From Candidatus Helarchaeota ASGARD archaeon Hel_GB_B (GTDB taxonomy: Archaea; Asgardarchaeota; Lokiarchaeia; Helarchaeales; HEL-GB-B), in the NCBI GenBank assembly GCA_005191425.1, contig SUPR01000076.1:1-16696 (forward strand): 16,696 bases of DNA, written 5' to 3'. The position numbers and the translations under genes are program-made. How positions within the stretch are numbered: the stretch's first letter is position 1; the number at the start of each line of letters is the position of its first letter. The notes below the pieces were generated by a model. That model was not told where the DNA came from and did no database searches. It was given only the letters and a program-made list of their open reading frames with translations. Positions 14,886 to 16,696 of this stretch are shown in pieces.

Positions 14886-16580
14886 ATGGAAGTATTAGAA
14901 CTTGAACCTTTAAAGGAAAAAAAATTAAAATTGTTTTTGGTAGAATACGAATATCCAATAAATTTCTATATGGATCAAAAAAAATACAACGAGAGAGAAT
15001 TTCTTAATTTAAAATTCATCTCGCGGAACTATGTTGATTTTATAGAAAGTCTAATCAAAGAAAATCATCCTGCATTTATAGTTGAAGAGGGTGGGATGCG
15101 CACTAAAGACGAATTTTTATATGACAACCATCTAATTGAATTGTATAAGAAATATGAATTACCCTTCGACATGGTTGATATCTCCCAAAATGCTCTTGAT
15201 TACATAAATGATACAATGCAAGATAAAAAGAATCTACTCGACGCTATTGAAAGTGAGTTGGCCAAATTAGTTATAAATAAAGATTTATCGAAAAGTAATG
15301 AGTTATATATACAAAAATTGATGATGTGGAGAGATTATCTAAAGAGATCTTATGATGAAGAAGAGCAAGATATTCGGCTCAGAGTAAGAGAAGCCTGGAT
15401 GTTCATGAAGATATTAAAGATGGCCGAGAAATTTGAAGCAAAGAAAATAAATGCCATGTTTCTATGTGATAAAAGACATTTTAATGGTCTCTCAAATCTT
15501 GCAGATGAATTGGGAGTAAATATTGTAAAAATAGAAATAAATAAGATCGTAAAAAATGTGAATCCATCAGGTGAAAATTTAGAAATTATTGATTTAATTA
15601 ATAAAGCAGACCTTGATATAGTTCCAATCAAAGTAAAAGCGGTTGATAAATCTGAAAAAATTCTTTACTTCTTTGATACAGATGAATATGCATCCCCGTT
15701 TGATATAAATATGGCATATGATGCTGGCTTCGATGTGGTTGTTCCTTTTAACAATATGACGGCGGATAAAGTCCAAAAACTCGTGCAAGATGCAATTTTT
15801 TCCAGAAAACCAAAATCGCCGACTGCGTTTTTTATTGGAGGATCAAATGTTAAAGAAGGAGAAAAAATCGCAAAAAAAGTTCTGAAATCATTCGTCCCTG
15901 GCTTTGAAACCCCAGTTATCATAGATCCAAGGGGTTCTCATACAACCGCATCTGCACTGGTTGCAAAAACTGAACAACTTGCCGCTGAGTTAGGTATTAA
16001 TAGTCTTGAAGGCAAAAAGGTGGTAGTTTTGGGTACCGGTCCAGTTGGACAATTGACATCTATTCTAGCCGCCAAACTTCGGGCTAAAGTATATTTGGTC
16101 GAAACTTGGGATGGAGCTACTGAGGAATATGTGAAAAATCTTGCAGATGAATTAACAGATAAAGCCGGCGAGAATGCCACCAAAATAACCGGGGTATATG
16201 CGACAAATGATGAAAGTAAATTTGAAATTTTGAAAGATGCAAATATAGTTTGGTCTGTTGCAGCAGCTGGTATCCAGATAGTATCTAAGGAACTGGCTGA
16301 GAAATTATCTCCAAATACTATAGTCGCAGATATCAATGCGGTCCCTCCAATGGGAATTGAAGGGATGAAACCTAATACAGATAAAAAAGAAATTTATCCT
16401 GGTGTATTTGGTATTGGACCATTATCCATTGGTAGAATAAAATATACAACCGAAAATAAGATACTTGCAAAAGCTGCAAAATCCAAGGGCAAGAAAATTT
16501 TCGATTACAATAAAGCATTCGAGATTGCAAGAAGTCTTTTAGGTTTAGAATATAAGAAAATAATGGTGGAAATTAAATAA
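14886..16580 (+). CDS. mtdB: NAD(P)-dependent methylene-tetrahydromethanopterin dehydrogenase (MtdA/MtdB family) with a ~250-aa N-terminal extra domain
   Basis: From residue 258: KILYFFDTDEYASPFDINMAYDAGF, VQDAIFSR, FIGG, DPRGSHTTASA, Rossmann motif VVVLGTGPVG, ADINAVPPMGIEG and GIGPLSIGRIKY, all characteristic of MtdA/B. This is not the F420-dependent Mtd of methanogens. MtdA versus MtdB cannot be resolved by eye. Confidence 0.88.
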   Translation: MEVLELEPLKEKKLKLFLVEYEYPINFYMDQKKYNEREFLNLKFISRNYVDFIESLIKENHPAFIVEEGGMRTKDEFLYDNHLIELYKKYELPFDMVDISQNALDYINDTMQDKKNLLDAIESELAKLVINKDLSKSNELYIQKLMMWRDYLKRSYDEEEQDIRLRVREAWMFMKILKMAEKFEAKKINAMFLCDKRHFNGLSNLADELGVNIVKIEINKIVKNVNPSGENLEIIDLINKADLDIVPIKVKAVDKSEKILYFFDTDEYASPFDINMAYDAGFDVVVPFNNMTADKVQKLVQDAIFSRKPKSPTAFFIGGSNVKEGEKIAKKVLKSFVPGFETPVIIDPRGSHTTASALVAKTEQLAAELGINSLEGKKVVVLGTGPVGQLTSILAAKLRAKVYLVETWDGATEEYVKNLADELTDKAGENATKITGVYATNDESKFEILKDANIVWSVAAAGIQIVSKELAEKLSPNTIVADINAVPPMGIEGMKPNTDKKEIYPGVFGIGPLSIGRIKYTTENKILAKAAKSKGKKIFDYNKAFEIARSLLGLEYKKIMVEIK

Positions 16581-16600
16581 TCATTTTCTAATTGAAACCA

Positions 16601-16624
16601 TAATCTTTTTTTTTTCGTTTTTTT
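16601..16624 (+). terminator. Putative oligo-T terminator after the Mtd fusion gene
   Basis: T10 at 16606-16615 and T7 at 16618-16624, about 25 nt after the stop. Confidence 0.5.
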
Positions 16625-16696
16625 ACCACTTATTTATAAAAATTTATAAACTGCAGGGGCGGTCTTTTTCTACAAAAACAATATTTTTATGTCTTT

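Noticed and set aside
14174-16336. Minus-strand ORFs 14174..14425, 15350..15631, 15594..15788, 15665..15922 and 15938..16336
   Set aside because: All are antisense shadows of the 206-aa gene or the Mtd fusion.
4817-16580. A shared theme linking the two active/inactive paralog pairs (CHAT pair and Mtd N-domain pair)
   Set aside because: The parallel is striking, but the pairs are unrelated in sequence, about 4 kb apart and on opposite strands, with nothing linking them functionally. Treated as coincidence.

Overview
Very AT-rich, archaeal-type DNA, probably Asgard (Loki/Hel-like). That lineage is inferred from the gene set, GGAGG(T) ribosome-binding sites and T-run terminators. Left to right: (1) the 3' end of herA, then mre11 and rad50, with no nurA after rad50. 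(2) A convergent, tightly coupled two-gene unit on the minus strand: a 596-aa DUF72 TIM-barrel fused to a CHAT/caspase-like domain whose catalytic His and Cys both align to Asn, followed by a 1086-aa protein ending in an intact CHAT protease (HFSGHG...FTSAC). (3) A divergent COG1237-type MBL-fold hydrolase. (4) A long-chain acyl-CoA ligase. (5) An apparently empty 1.8 kb holding two decayed genes (a CBS-pair pseudogene and an unknown one) and an operator-like palindrome. (6) A 206-aa protein and a 564-aa NAD(P)-dependent methylene-H4MPT dehydrogenase (MtdA/B family) whose extra N-terminal domain is paralogous to the 206-aa protein and looks TraB/Tiki-like. The best candidate for an undescribed system is the DUF72-pseudoCHAT plus active CHAT pair beside the DNA break-resection operon. 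All family calls come from motif recognition by eye; no searches were run.
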